Assembly: GCA_964430555.1 (NCBI GenBank)
Contig: CAYSFU010000009.1
Location: 5,646-69,645 of the forward strand
Origin: an uncultured Nitrospira sp.
Lineage (GTDB): Bacteria > Nitrospirota > Nitrospiria > Nitrospirales > Nitrospiraceae
Reading direction: 5' to 3'
DNA length: 64,000 nt
In this document: one piece after another, positions 38,574-48,439 of the stretch
Layout of the letters: each line of letters starts with the position of its first letter
Numbering within the stretch: position 1 is the first letter of the stretch
Position numbers and translations under genes: made by a program
The notes under the pieces: model-generated
The model's database searches: none
What the model was told of the DNA's origin: nothing
What the model saw: the letters and a program-made list of their open reading frames with translations, nothing else

Positions 38574-39535
38574 AGGTTTCTCAATGTGATCCAGGGGTTC
38601 CAACCATGTTGTTGCACTGCCGTGGTCGGCATACCGCCGTTTGCCCGTGTGAATCCTTCGGCTGTCTTCGTCAGGTCTTTATAAGCCAAGTAGATCCAAT
38701 CACGACGATTCGGCTTGTCCGGATCAAAGAAAATCCCGCGCCATCTTTCTTGATAGGTCGTACGGTCCTTTTGTTCGCTCTCAAGGTTGGAAGTCCTGAC
38801 TGCCGGATTGGTATGCGAAAAATGCTCAACAAACGACGTGGAGCAGTCCACGACTTCATACCCCTGGTGCCACAGTTTGAGGCAGAGATCACCATCAGCG
38901 CAGTAAAACTGGTACCGATTTTCGTCAATCCAATCCACTTGTTGGAGCGCAGCACGCACGTAGAGGCCATGATTCACGAACATCTTCTCACCATGGGTTA
39001 ATCCCACCCAATACTCTTGCTGCTCTGGCCAATTCCTCCAGTAAAATGCGACAGCCCCAACATTGCGTCCATCTTTCAGCAATGTTTCACAATGTTGAAC
39101 GCCGTTCATCACAGCGCCTGGAACGAGGAGCGAATCATCGCTGATCATGACAATGTATCGCCCCGTTGCACACTTAAAGCCAAGATTCATGAAGGAGCCC
39201 CAACTTCTTCGTTTATGAACTTGATTGCCGGAGGCGGTACGGTTGTGCTGAACGATCGTGATAATCTCCGGTTGATCAATGAGCCATTCTTTGGAGCCAT
39301 CGGTTGATCCTCCATCCACAGCAATGATCTCGTAGGGCACCGTGATGCCATTCCGGTGAATGCTCTGAATAGCCTCCTTGAGGAACGCGTGACGGTTGTA
39401 CGTACCGAGTACAATGCTCACGGTCGCTGATGGAAGGTTCCTCAGAGTCCCCCGTGGAGGCAGCGTTTCATGAATATTCATTCCTTGAGGGAATGGTCGT
39501 TCGTTCTCCATCAATTGGTTCCTACTTGCCGACAC
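38561..39535 (-). CDS. GT2 family glycosyltransferase
   Basis: SIVLGTYNR, VDGGSTDGS, ISDD, YCADGDL. Confidence 0.88.
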   Translation of the reverse strand: MSASRNQLMENERPFPQGMNIHETLPPRGTLRNLPSATVSIVLGTYNRHAFLKEAIQSIHRNGITVPYEIIAVDGGSTDGSKEWLIDQPEIITIVQHNRTASGNQVHKRRSWGSFMNLGFKCATGRYIVMISDDSLLVPGAVMNGVQHCETLLKDGRNVGAVAFYWRNWPEQQEYWVGLTHGEKMFVNHGLYVRAALQQVDWIDENRYQFYCADGDLCLKLWHQGYEVVDCSTSFVEHFSHTNPAVRTSNLESEQKDRTTYQERWRGIFFDPDKPNRRDWIYLAYKDLTKTAEGFTRANGGMPTTAVQQHGWNPWITLRNLWRA

Positions 39536-39582
39536 GAGAACGGTTCAACAACGGTTTCAGCTCAGATCAGGCCTTGCCCTTC

Positions 39583-40311
39583 TCATACAGGCTTCGTGTC
39601 AGTATGGGGCTTAGTGTCGGATTGGTTCTTCTGTGCACAGATCGAGAAGCTCTGCATGGCATCCGGTCCTTTGTTGAGATGTGTAATGCGGCATCCAATC
39701 TGCTCTAGGGCCTGTTGGATCACGTGCGACGTTGGAATCCATTTATGGCCGTCACCGACAAACGGTGACCCAGGATGCCAAATGGTACAATCGGGATGTG
39801 GGAGGTACAGAAATATCGTTCCTCCGAGCCGTATGCGATTGATCCATTCTCTAAGGCTCTCGTGCCAGGCCTCAATATGTTCAAGACAATGTGAACTAAA
39901 CACGTAATCCAAGGAATCTTTCTCGAAGTCGCCAACGCATTTGTTCGTGCCTGATCCTCGCCACAGATCGACAGGAGTGGCCCCAGGCAGTGGCCACAAA
40001 CCAGCACCAACATCAATACCCTTTCCCTGACAATACTTCAGTGCTTCTGGGAAAATGGCATGCCCCGCTCCGCCTACCGTGAGATAGTCCGGATAAAATG
40101 TGTTCTGGTAAACCCATCCGCCGGATCTACGTGTTAACTCAGGGTGAGCGAGCAAGTCTCGATAGAGGTGGAACAGGTCTGGCACATGAGGGAGTGATTC
40201 AAGAGGTTGTCGAGTTGAACTGGCCGGGACAGGAATCCTTCCGGAGCACAGTCGTCGGCATAACCCCTTTACTGAGTGGACAGGATGAATGAGATGGCGC
40301 AATTGAAGCAT
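39583..40311 (-). CDS. Class I SAM-dependent methyltransferase
   Basis: GIDVGAG, LDYVFSSHCLEHI, GGTIFLYLPH. Confidence 0.82.
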   Translation of the reverse strand: MLQLRHLIHPVHSVKGLCRRLCSGRIPVPASSTRQPLESLPHVPDLFHLYRDLLAHPELTRRSGGWVYQNTFYPDYLTVGGAGHAIFPEALKYCQGKGIDVGAGLWPLPGATPVDLWRGSGTNKCVGDFEKDSLDYVFSSHCLEHIEAWHESLREWINRIRLGGTIFLYLPHPDCTIWHPGSPFVGDGHKWIPTSHVIQQALEQIGCRITHLNKGPDAMQSFSICAQKNQSDTKPHTDTKPV

Positions 40312-40443
40312 GAGTTTTCTGTCACCAACAACGCGGAATGATCAGATCGTTCTTTGAGTAGTGCTCATCGTTCCCGATACAGAATCGAGAGTCGAGACAA
40401 TGGGTGGATCTCAGCAAAAGCACGATATCTCTTAAGCGGCTGT

Positions 40444-41673
40444 TCATGCGATGGCCTGTTGATAGTGTTTTGATACACACATTCGTACGGCGTTTTGTAC
40501 ATGCGTGATATCAACATAACGTATACAGTGAGCTTCCATGGACGAACAGTATTCCGTGCAAGGGGGTACTGCAGACTCAGGCTGAAGCACCTGGGACGGA
40601 ACGCCCCACGGCTTGAATCGCAGCGGGGAGTTTGACCAGTAAGGGTTCCCGTTGGAAGGATGACATGAAATTTCAATAACCGGCACTGCTGCTGCTGCTG
40701 CCATATGCATGGGACCGGAGTCATTCCCGATGTACAACATACAAGACTTAAGCAGTGCGCCGAGCTGATGCCAGGTCGTCATGCCAGTGGCATTGATCGC
40801 GTGTCTTCCTAGGGATCTCGCCACAACATGTCCGGGCTCGACATCAGATGGCCCTCCGACGATCACGATGCGAGCACCATATTCCTTTCTGAGCCAACGT
40901 CCCAGTTCAATGTACTGTTCACACGGCCATTGCCGTGCCGGGGATGCCGCTCCGATACCAAATGCGATCAGGAACGTGTCATGAGAAATATCGAGGTCTC
41001 TAAGTATCGTGGTCAATCGCTCCTTATGCTGTTCTGTGTTCCACAAATCGAGTCCATGATGTTCAGGGTTGCCTCCGAGAAAGCGAATGATGTCAAGCCC
41101 CCGCTCGACTTCATGCTTAAGTGAACTGTCTGTAAGTACAAAATTATAGAGACAGTCAAATCCACTATTCATGGCTTGCTTGTGGGAAACGACACACTCG
41201 GAATATCCTATCCGCCATGCGGCACCGCTCCAGTAGCCGAGGTAGGCCGCATGGTAGAGATCTGCATCCCAGCGAGGGATAATGGCTAAGTCAAACCGGC
41301 GTAACCAAAGATGCCGCGCAGAGAACCGCACTGTTCGTTGCATCCGCTCAAAGGTTGAGACATAGTCTAGTGGCCCAGGGTCATAGACCAATACCTCATT
41401 GACGAAGGGACAATCCGTGGCAAGTTCGGCCACGGAGGGTTTGACGACGAGTGAAATCTTGGCTTGTGGTATCAGCCGACGAAGTTCGCGAAGAAACGGG
41501 GTGGAGAGAATCAAATCCCCTATATCGTCCAGGCGAATGATCAGAACGCGGTTTATTTCGCCGATATCGAGTCTGTCCCCTTTTCCTCGGTGCCCAGTTA
41601 GCTGAAACAGCGGTTCGCCCAATCTGGTCGCTCCTCGTGGAGATGCGAGGTCTCTGATGGCCTGGTTCCACAT
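40444..41673 (-). CDS. GT9 (heptosyltransferase-like) glycosyltransferase
   Basis: IRLDDIGDLIL, HEVER, RQWP, IGNDSGPMHMAAA. Confidence 0.9.
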   Translation of the reverse strand: MWNQAIRDLASPRGATRLGEPLFQLTGHRGKGDRLDIGEINRVLIIRLDDIGDLILSTPFLRELRRLIPQAKISLVVKPSVAELATDCPFVNEVLVYDPGPLDYVSTFERMQRTVRFSARHLWLRRFDLAIIPRWDADLYHAAYLGYWSGAAWRIGYSECVVSHKQAMNSGFDCLYNFVLTDSSLKHEVERGLDIIRFLGGNPEHHGLDLWNTEQHKERLTTILRDLDISHDTFLIAFGIGAASPARQWPCEQYIELGRWLRKEYGARIVIVGGPSDVEPGHVVARSLGRHAINATGMTTWHQLGALLKSCMLYIGNDSGPMHMAAAAAVPVIEISCHPSNGNPYWSNSPLRFKPWGVPSQVLQPESAVPPCTEYCSSMEAHCIRYVDITHVQNAVRMCVSKHYQQAIA

Positions 41674-41733
41674 CCTCTACATACTCCGCCCTAATCTGGT
41701 AAGAAGGGGATTCGTCTTATCCGCAGGGCACGC

Positions 41734-42531
41734 TCAATACTTCCGGCCAATAAATACGTATGTTCCATAATGAGCAGAAGGGTTGCGACCATCCTCTCGA
41801 CTCAAAACTTTATAGTGAACCGGCTGAAAGCCACGCAGCAGTTCCTGATCGAGCGTATTGTGATCAATACGAATAGGGTGTCCGATATCGTCTCCGATAC
41901 GTTGCACGTCATCGAGGTCCGTCAGGTCTTGCCCGATAACCAGATGCCCGCCAGGTTTGGTGATGCGAACAGCCTGCCTGATACAGGCTAGGCTGTCCCG
42001 ACAGTGATCGAGCACGTTGATGACGACCACAAGATCAAAATAATCCGAAGCGAAGGGGCACTCCTCAAGGGGATGATCATCGACGTACACCCTTCCTTCT
42101 TGCCACATTTTTGCCAACCATTGCCCCCTAAACCGTAGATATTCTTTGACCAGAGGATCGCTGCAGATCACATGGGACGACGAGCGACCTTCAAGTATCA
42201 CTCGAATATTTGTGTATGGGCCTGCCCCCAGTTCGATCACGTTCCTAAATGTGTGCGGTAAACATCGGTAGTGCTTAAATTGCTCAGCCCACCAATGATT
42301 CCAGTCGTCACCACTCGCTGGCTGATCACGCTCTTGTCCCAGTTTGTCCAGCACCTTCGCAGTCAGTTTCTTAAATGGGGTGGCGAGAAGGTGAGACCGA
42401 TCCGGATGTTGGGCTCGCCAGTATGCTCCTTCCCATTCTTGAGCTTGTTGCCACCGCTCGAAACTCACGGACAACGGAAGTTTCGCCATGTGCTCTATCC
42501 AATCTCTAGCATGTATAGGGTTGAAGACCAT
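41734..42531 (-). CDS. Class I SAM-dependent methyltransferase
   Basis: VIELGAGP, FDLVVVINVLDH, RITKPGG. Confidence 0.82.
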   Translation of the reverse strand: MVFNPIHARDWIEHMAKLPLSVSFERWQQAQEWEGAYWRAQHPDRSHLLATPFKKLTAKVLDKLGQERDQPASGDDWNHWWAEQFKHYRCLPHTFRNVIELGAGPYTNIRVILEGRSSSHVICSDPLVKEYLRFRGQWLAKMWQEGRVYVDDHPLEECPFASDYFDLVVVINVLDHCRDSLACIRQAVRITKPGGHLVIGQDLTDLDDVQRIGDDIGHPIRIDHNTLDQELLRGFQPVHYKVLSREDGRNPSAHYGTYVFIGRKY

Positions 42532-43564
42532 TCCACACGGTCGAACAGAACCGATCCCATGAATAGTGTGCTTCAGTCAGTCGTCGACCCTCTTGACTGA
42601 TCCACTGCAATCGATCTTCTGGAGCGAATTGAAGATCGAGCAAGATGTTGGCGTTATGCTCGATATCGGTTGAGCTTAATGTGGTGATGGCCGGCACGTT
42701 GTGGTATCCAGATCCCGGTGTGCAAGCGACAGGAAACCCCCAAGCCATGGCCTCTAGAATGGTGGTCGGGTTGGCATCTGAAATAGAGGTGTTAATGAAA
42801 AAATCGAACTTGTCGGCGAGTGATGCCATGAACGATGGTGTGAGGGATGCATAGGTAGCGATGCGTTTCATGCTTGAGAGTTCGCGTCCCCCGCCGATCC
42901 ATCCATTGGGAAATTGTGATAGTCTGGCCATGGTCTTTTCTAAGATGTCACACCCCTTTTCTGGTCTATCACTGCTACTTCCGATATAGAAATATCCTCG
43001 CTGGCCTGGCGGGTTAAACTGTTTTTTGAGGTATGGGTACTCAACTCCATCTATTGCCATATCCAAGCTTGTGATCTTGTGCTTCCATGGTGCAAAACAA
43101 GATTGATTCAATGTGTCTTTCCAGTACGGACCCATAATGCCGAAGATCCGATCAGCTCGCTCAAGGAGGGGGAGTGCAAAATTATTGATCTCGGGCAGAG
43201 CATGATGCATGGGGAAAATGAGGGCTTTGCACTTGCACGGAGCAGAGGAAGAAAAGGCACGGTTGATAATGGTGTTAGGATCCGGGTGCGGGTGACCCAA
43301 GATGATGTCATCGGTCTCCCATTCCATGTCTCCGGTCTCTTCCAAACTATACAACTGAATAGGGTGACGTCGGCGTAGATAGGACGATACCCGCATTGTG
43401 ATGGAGCCAGGTGCGGGTAACGGTGTAGGAGTTTCAGGAAACCATCCATGTCGATACCAGTGGGGGAATGTTGATGAACCATGTCCGAGGTTTGAATAGC
43501 GAGACAGGAGTGTCGAGACCATTCCGGTCTTGAGAGGGGGAAGGGCATAGGCAAAGTGAATCAC
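42506..43564 (-). CDS. GT-B fold glycosyltransferase (GT4-like)
   Basis: EKG, DANPTTILEAMAWGFPV, YSWDRF. Confidence 0.8.
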   Translation of the reverse strand: MIHFAYALPPLKTGMVSTLLSRYSNLGHGSSTFPHWYRHGWFPETPTPLPAPGSITMRVSSYLRRRHPIQLYSLEETGDMEWETDDIILGHPHPDPNTIINRAFSSSAPCKCKALIFPMHHALPEINNFALPLLERADRIFGIMGPYWKDTLNQSCFAPWKHKITSLDMAIDGVEYPYLKKQFNPPGQRGYFYIGSSSDRPEKGCDILEKTMARLSQFPNGWIGGGRELSSMKRIATYASLTPSFMASLADKFDFFINTSISDANPTTILEAMAWGFPVACTPGSGYHNVPAITTLSSTDIEHNANILLDLQFAPEDRLQWISQEGRRLTEAHYSWDRFCSTVWNGLQPYTC

Positions 43565-43588
43565 AGTGCACCTGACAGCAGCAATCTT

Positions 43589-44299
43589 TTAGAAGAGATT
43601 GCGTTCTGATCCATGCATCGAATGCAACGGTTCCAGGTTGCTCAACATACCGTTGACACCGACATGTCGTACAATTGCAAAGCCGACGGATTGTGGCGCT
43701 GAGATGGTCTGTTGTATGTGCCATTCCAAAGAGCGTTCCAGCGCAGGGCGAAGTAAGGCCATTTTCTCGTTATCCCAATCATGCATGAGCACCACAGTGC
43801 CATGGCGTAAGAACGGCGCAAACATTTCGAACTCACCGTAGGCTTCTTGAGGATCCGCTGAACCATCCAGGAACACGGTGTCGATGTGGCCCAGTTGGCG
43901 GAGCAGATTCGGATAGACCTCCATAGCCTTGCCCGCATGAAACTCGATGTGTTGTACCAAGTGCGGAAGATACGTTCGATAGTTATGTCGTACGGTGGCC
44001 TGCACCTGAGGATCGGCTTCAATGGTATGGAGCGTGCCGAATCCGTTGTCATAGAGTGCCTGACTGATGAAGTAGGTACTGCCTCCTCCTTGCCACGTTC
44101 CTACCTCGAACACCGTTTTTGGTTTTACCTGGCGGATCGTCGTGTACAGCAGCTTTCTGTCCGCCACCCACAACTGTCCGGGGATCTGGAGGCAACCTTC
44201 AAAAAACCAGCGAAAACGGTATGGGATGATCCAACGTACAGCTCTCCACAGCCGTTGGTCTTTCTGCGACAACGCATGATAGGAGTGGGCAAGGTTCAT
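43589..44299 (-). CDS. Class I SAM-dependent methyltransferase (Methyltransf_24-like)
   Basis: VFEVGTWQGGGST, HTIE, VFLDG, LMHD; ATGA overlap with wzt stop. Confidence 0.82.
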   Translation of the reverse strand: MNLAHSYHALSQKDQRLWRAVRWIIPYRFRWFFEGCLQIPGQLWVADRKLLYTTIRQVKPKTVFEVGTWQGGGSTYFISQALYDNGFGTLHTIEADPQVQATVRHNYRTYLPHLVQHIEFHAGKAMEVYPNLLRQLGHIDTVFLDGSADPQEAYGEFEMFAPFLRHGTVVLMHDWDNEKMALLRPALERSLEWHIQQTISAPQSVGFAIVRHVGVNGMLSNLEPLHSMHGSERNLF

Positions 44300-45582
44300 G
44301 TGCTCACCGGCGATAAGGTTGTGGCGCTCCATGTGATTGTCGGTGCGATGATGCCTCGGCGACCTTGAGCGAGTCTCTGTTCGATGCTTCCGGTATCGAC
44401 TACGTCAAAGCTGATGGCATGGAGGGCTTCGTCGAGAGTGCGTAGTCCAGGTATACTTGCTCCCAGACTGATCCAATACCGTCCCGCACGGAACCATGTT
44501 GGATCGAGTCGGCAGGAGACACGGTAGAGACCGGGCAACCGCGTTGTCCCCTTGGATTGGGGGCAAGAGTCGAGATCCGTTGTGCACAGGACGCAGATCC
44601 CCTCCCCATTCCATAATTCCAGACTGACTTGTCCCCCTTGAATGTCTCGATGAACAACGTAGTCTACTTCGACGGTGCAGCCTCGTACCGCGTCAACGGA
44701 ACCAGTCACGCGGCCATGGCTATCACGGATTCGAATGGCTTGGAGTGAGAGTTCCTGCTCCGGTTGCACGTCATCGTGTGAGTGAAGCTGTGTCTCGCCT
44801 TGTGCCGAAATACTCCCACTCAGATAGTGATCAACAACGTCCCGCACACCTCCAGAGGCAAGCACCTCGCCACCGTCCAACAGTAGCGCCGTACTGCATA
44901 AATTCAGAATCGATGCGATGTTATGGCTGACTAAGAGCACGGTTCGTCCCTCGCGGGATACATCATCCATTTTGGAGAGGCATTTCTGCTGAAAGGCGGC
45001 ATCGCCAACAGCCAACACCTCATCAACCAGAAGAATGTCGGCCTTAAGATGGGCTGCAACGGCAAAGGCAAGCCGCATATGCATGCCGCTTGAGTATCGC
45101 TTGACCGGTGTATCCAGAAATGTTTCAACTTCCGCGAATGCCACAATGGCATCGAACTGTTTATCGATCTCACGTTTTGTCATCCCGAGGACCGCGCCAT
45201 TCATATAGATATTGTCTCGCCCGGTGAGATCAGGGTGAAAGCCTGTCCCGACTTCAAGGAGGGAACCGACACGGCCGACAAGATCAACCCAGCCTGTTGT
45301 CGGGGGAGTGATTCGAGAAAGGATTTTCAGGAGTGTGCTCTTCCCCGAACCATTTCGTCCGATAATGCCAAGAACCTCACCTTGTCGGACATCGAACGAG
45401 ACGCCGTGTAATGCCCAGATCAGCCTGCTCTTGTCATTGCAGGCAGGTTTCGGCTCAGTCTCCCGATGGAATGCCAATGCGTCTCGCATGTGCGTACGAA
45501 ATGTTCGACACCAGTGTCGTCGATCGCCAAGCGCGTACTGTTTACCGACATTCTCTGCTCGGATGACGACGTCACTCATCAC
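44296..45582 (-). CDS. wzt: Polysaccharide ABC exporter ATPase with C-terminal Wzt_C domain
   Basis: GRNGSGKST, LEVGTGFHPDLTGRDN, YSSGMHMRLAF, DEVLAVGD; C-terminal beta domain. Confidence 0.93.
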   Translation of the reverse strand: MMSDVVIRAENVGKQYALGDRRHWCRTFRTHMRDALAFHRETEPKPACNDKSRLIWALHGVSFDVRQGEVLGIIGRNGSGKSTLLKILSRITPPTTGWVDLVGRVGSLLEVGTGFHPDLTGRDNIYMNGAVLGMTKREIDKQFDAIVAFAEVETFLDTPVKRYSSGMHMRLAFAVAAHLKADILLVDEVLAVGDAAFQQKCLSKMDDVSREGRTVLLVSHNIASILNLCSTALLLDGGEVLASGGVRDVVDHYLSGSISAQGETQLHSHDDVQPEQELSLQAIRIRDSHGRVTGSVDAVRGCTVEVDYVVHRDIQGGQVSLELWNGEGICVLCTTDLDSCPQSKGTTRLPGLYRVSCRLDPTWFRAGRYWISLGASIPGLRTLDEALHAISFDVVDTGSIEQRLAQGRRGIIAPTITWSATTLSPVST

Positions 45583-46479
45583 TTAGACCACATCGGCAAA
45601 AGTTTGCTCCGTCCGTCGGAAGAAAAAGAGACCGGATATGAAGAGCATCGATGAGATGACCAGAGAGAAGAGGAGCATTGTGCCTCCTCCCCCTCCACTT
45701 CCGAACAACGTCCATCGAAATCCTTCTACGACGCTCGCCATCGGGTTGATGCCATACCACGCCTGCCATGCGGGTGGGATCAACGAGCTTGGGTACGCCA
45801 CCGGGGTCGCAAAAAACCAGAGCTGTGTCACGAACGGAACGGCATGTCCGATATCTCGATACCGAATGTTCAGCGCGGATGCCCACAACCCTACTCCTAG
45901 TGCGGTTGCGATGCTCAGTAACATGAATATGGGTATGGCCAGGATTTGAGGAAGTATGGGAATGTGGTAATACAGGAGCATGGCGATCAATACGAGTAAG
46001 GCAATCAAAAAATCTACGAGCCCAATGGCCATTGATGAGATGGGAATGATGAGTCGTGGGAAATACACTTTGGTGATCAGATGTTGGTTTGACACTAGGC
46101 TGTGACTCGTCGCCGAAAGCGTATGGGCAAACAACTGCCATGGGAGGATGGCTGAAAACACAAAGAGAGGATAGGGTATTCCATCCGAGGGAATACGTCC
46201 CAGCCATCCAAAGAATACGCTGAATACGACCATCATTGAGCATGGTTTCAGTACCGCCCACAGGACTCCTAGGATCGTCTGATGGTATCGAACTTTAAGA
46301 TCTCGCCAGGCGAGAAAGTAGAGCAATTCTCGATATGCCCATATCTCCCTGAATCCAATCGCAGGAAGTTGTTGCAGTGGAAGAATACGAAATGCACCGG
46401 CCCTGATGAAACCGGGGCTATCGATATGCTTCATGACCACACTCGAGTGATGTGCCATACCCCAAAATATAGATGGCAC
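45583..46479 (-). CDS. wzm: Polysaccharide ABC exporter permease
   Basis: RDLKVRYHQTILG.LW, KVYFPR, YRDI, TPVAYP, NPM; start uncertain. Confidence 0.93.
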   Translation of the reverse strand: MPSIFWGMAHHSSVVMKHIDSPGFIRAGAFRILPLQQLPAIGFREIWAYRELLYFLAWRDLKVRYHQTILGVLWAVLKPCSMMVVFSVFFGWLGRIPSDGIPYPLFVFSAILPWQLFAHTLSATSHSLVSNQHLITKVYFPRLIIPISSMAIGLVDFLIALLVLIAMLLYYHIPILPQILAIPIFMLLSIATALGVGLWASALNIRYRDIGHAVPFVTQLWFFATPVAYPSSLIPPAWQAWYGINPMASVVEGFRWTLFGSGGGGGTMLLFSLVISSMLFISGLFFFRRTEQTFADVV

Positions 46480-46497
46480 GGACCACTTCCTGTGATC

Positions 46498-47643
46498 TCA
46501 TGATCGGATCTTGGCAAACAACGAGTCAAACCGCTGTTTCCAGGTGTGTTGTGCAAGTACTCGCCGTTGTCCCGCTCGGCGGACTCGATCCGTCTCATGA
46601 GGATGACGTATGTAGTACCGTGCCTTCTCAATCAATTCTGTAGGTTCCGTCCAGGTCACGATTTCTTCTCCGATCCGGAAGTACTCCGCATGATCCGGTG
46701 CCTCCTGCACGAGGTAGAACCCTCCGGCCATCGGGACTTCAAAATCACGCAGTCGGCACTGTAAATTCTTAGATTCTTGGATATCGATTCCACTATGCCA
46801 CCCTGTGTCTGAAAAACCCAGATTTACCTGACTTTCTGCGAAGATACCGGGGAGTACCTTCTCATCGCAGGGGCCTCGCAAGTCCGCTCCTTCCATGGGT
46901 TCAAAGGCATATTGCCGTGAATACTTGCGTCGAATTGGGCCAAGTACGCTCTCGACACCCTCTGCTCTCCAGCGTGGAACGGCGTAGTAGCGAAGATCGT
47001 GGTACACCTTGTAGGCATCCCATGAAAATGCGTAGGGACTGGGTGCTGTCGATGTCCAACCTCGTCCATAGATCACCGGGGTGATCCCATGACCCACACA
47101 GTCGGCTAACAATGCACGGCGGTACGGGTTAAAACTTCCTACAAAGGACACGGTCTGTTGGTAGCCTGACGTGTCATCCAGATTACGAAAGTAATACCGT
47201 GGATTGGCCGCCATCGGCATCCAGTGAATATGTTGAGCGTAGGGCTTGAGATGGTCTGCATTCGTCATTTGCGCGACGGCGAGAACATTGAAATATGGAG
47301 CGGTTCGAATGACCCGATACCACTGAAAGGCCATATCTACATGGTAGTTCACCATGGGAATTCCAAGTTGTTGCAACTGCTGCGCGGTGTCGACAAGCAG
47401 AAAATCGTCATACACCACGAAAAAGATAAGATCGAGACGCCCTGTTGTACGAAGGCTACGGGCGGTAGAAAGAAGCTCCTGGTTTAATGTCTCTCGTGTG
47501 TGGCGCCAACCGGCAGAGCCTAGCTGCCCCATCCCACCAGGATAGTGAAAAATATGAAGGGTGTCACAATAGTGTTGGCGTAATGGATCGATGAGATTGA
47601 TCTCCATCCATCGATCTGGGGGAAGGACAGCCAGGACATGCAT
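46498..47643 (-). CDS. CgeB-like glycosyltransferase (Glyco_trans_1_2)
   Basis: VSFVGS, SQVNLGF, RLRDFEVPMAGGFYL, HTWKQRF. Confidence 0.85.
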   Translation of the reverse strand: MHVLAVLPPDRWMEINLIDPLRQHYCDTLHIFHYPGGMGQLGSAGWRHTRETLNQELLSTARSLRTTGRLDLIFFVVYDDFLLVDTAQQLQQLGIPMVNYHVDMAFQWYRVIRTAPYFNVLAVAQMTNADHLKPYAQHIHWMPMAANPRYYFRNLDDTSGYQQTVSFVGSFNPYRRALLADCVGHGITPVIYGRGWTSTAPSPYAFSWDAYKVYHDLRYYAVPRWRAEGVESVLGPIRRKYSRQYAFEPMEGADLRGPCDEKVLPGIFAESQVNLGFSDTGWHSGIDIQESKNLQCRLRDFEVPMAGGFYLVQEAPDHAEYFRIGEEIVTWTEPTELIEKARYYIRHPHETDRVRRAGQRRVLAQHTWKQRFDSLFAKIRS

Positions 47644-47673
47644 AGGGCATGCAGGCGCGAGAGGTCGCGCCCG

Positions 47674-48438
47674 CTAAAAATCTCGCCGTTGAAAGATCAG
47701 GCAGGCTCCGACGAGAAGCAGGCCTGTATAGAGCAGTCCGTAGATGGTCGCGGTCATTTGGAATCCCACATCGACTGAAATTCCCGCAGCAGATTGCCCC
47801 TTGATATTCAGTGTTTCAAGGTTGGGAAAGGCGTAGTACAACGCGGTTGTCAGCGATGTGATCAGGCCGGACGCATTCTTTTCGGCGATCGCCTTCAGGT
47901 CGCTGGTGAGATGGCCGATCACATAGATGCCGAGCGTGAGCGTCGCGCTCAAGATCGATGAACTGAATGTGGAAAACAACAATGCGAAGGCCATGACCAA
48001 CAAGGCTTCGACCATCATCAATTCAACGGCCTGAAACAACGACGCATGAATAGGATGGCCGCTCAGTTTCACGGTTACTAAGAACATGACGAACATGATG
48101 CCGATATTCAGGAGGATGACCAACGCCAATCCGAGGTATTTCCCGAGCACGAACTGCGCTCTCGTGATAGGGCGTGCCAAAAGGGTATAGATGGTCCGTC
48201 GCTCGATTTCCTTGGAGACGAGGCCGATCCCTACAAAAATGGCAATAATAACCGCGACCACATTAATGGCGGCCAGTCCAAGGTCGTTGATGATACGGGC
48301 CTGTTCTCCGATGCTCAAAGTTCCCAACAGAACAGAGGATCCGATGAGAAGAACGGTAAAGAACACGAGGTTGTACAGAATTTTATCGCGCAGTGTTTCT
48401 CGAAAGGTATTCACGGCTACCGCACACAGGCGCTGCAT
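47674..48438 (-). CDS. ABC-2 type permease (PilI-like)
   Basis: NTFRETLRDK, EIERRTIYTLLARPITRAQFVLGKYLG, C-terminal FQRRDF. Confidence 0.88.
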   Translation of the reverse strand: MQRLCAVAVNTFRETLRDKILYNLVFFTVLLIGSSVLLGTLSIGEQARIINDLGLAAINVVAVIIAIFVGIGLVSKEIERRTIYTLLARPITRAQFVLGKYLGLALVILLNIGIMFVMFLVTVKLSGHPIHASLFQAVELMMVEALLVMAFALLFSTFSSSILSATLTLGIYVIGHLTSDLKAIAEKNASGLITSLTTALYYAFPNLETLNIKGQSAAGISVDVGFQMTATIYGLLYTGLLLVGACLIFQRRDF

Positions 48439-48439
48439 G

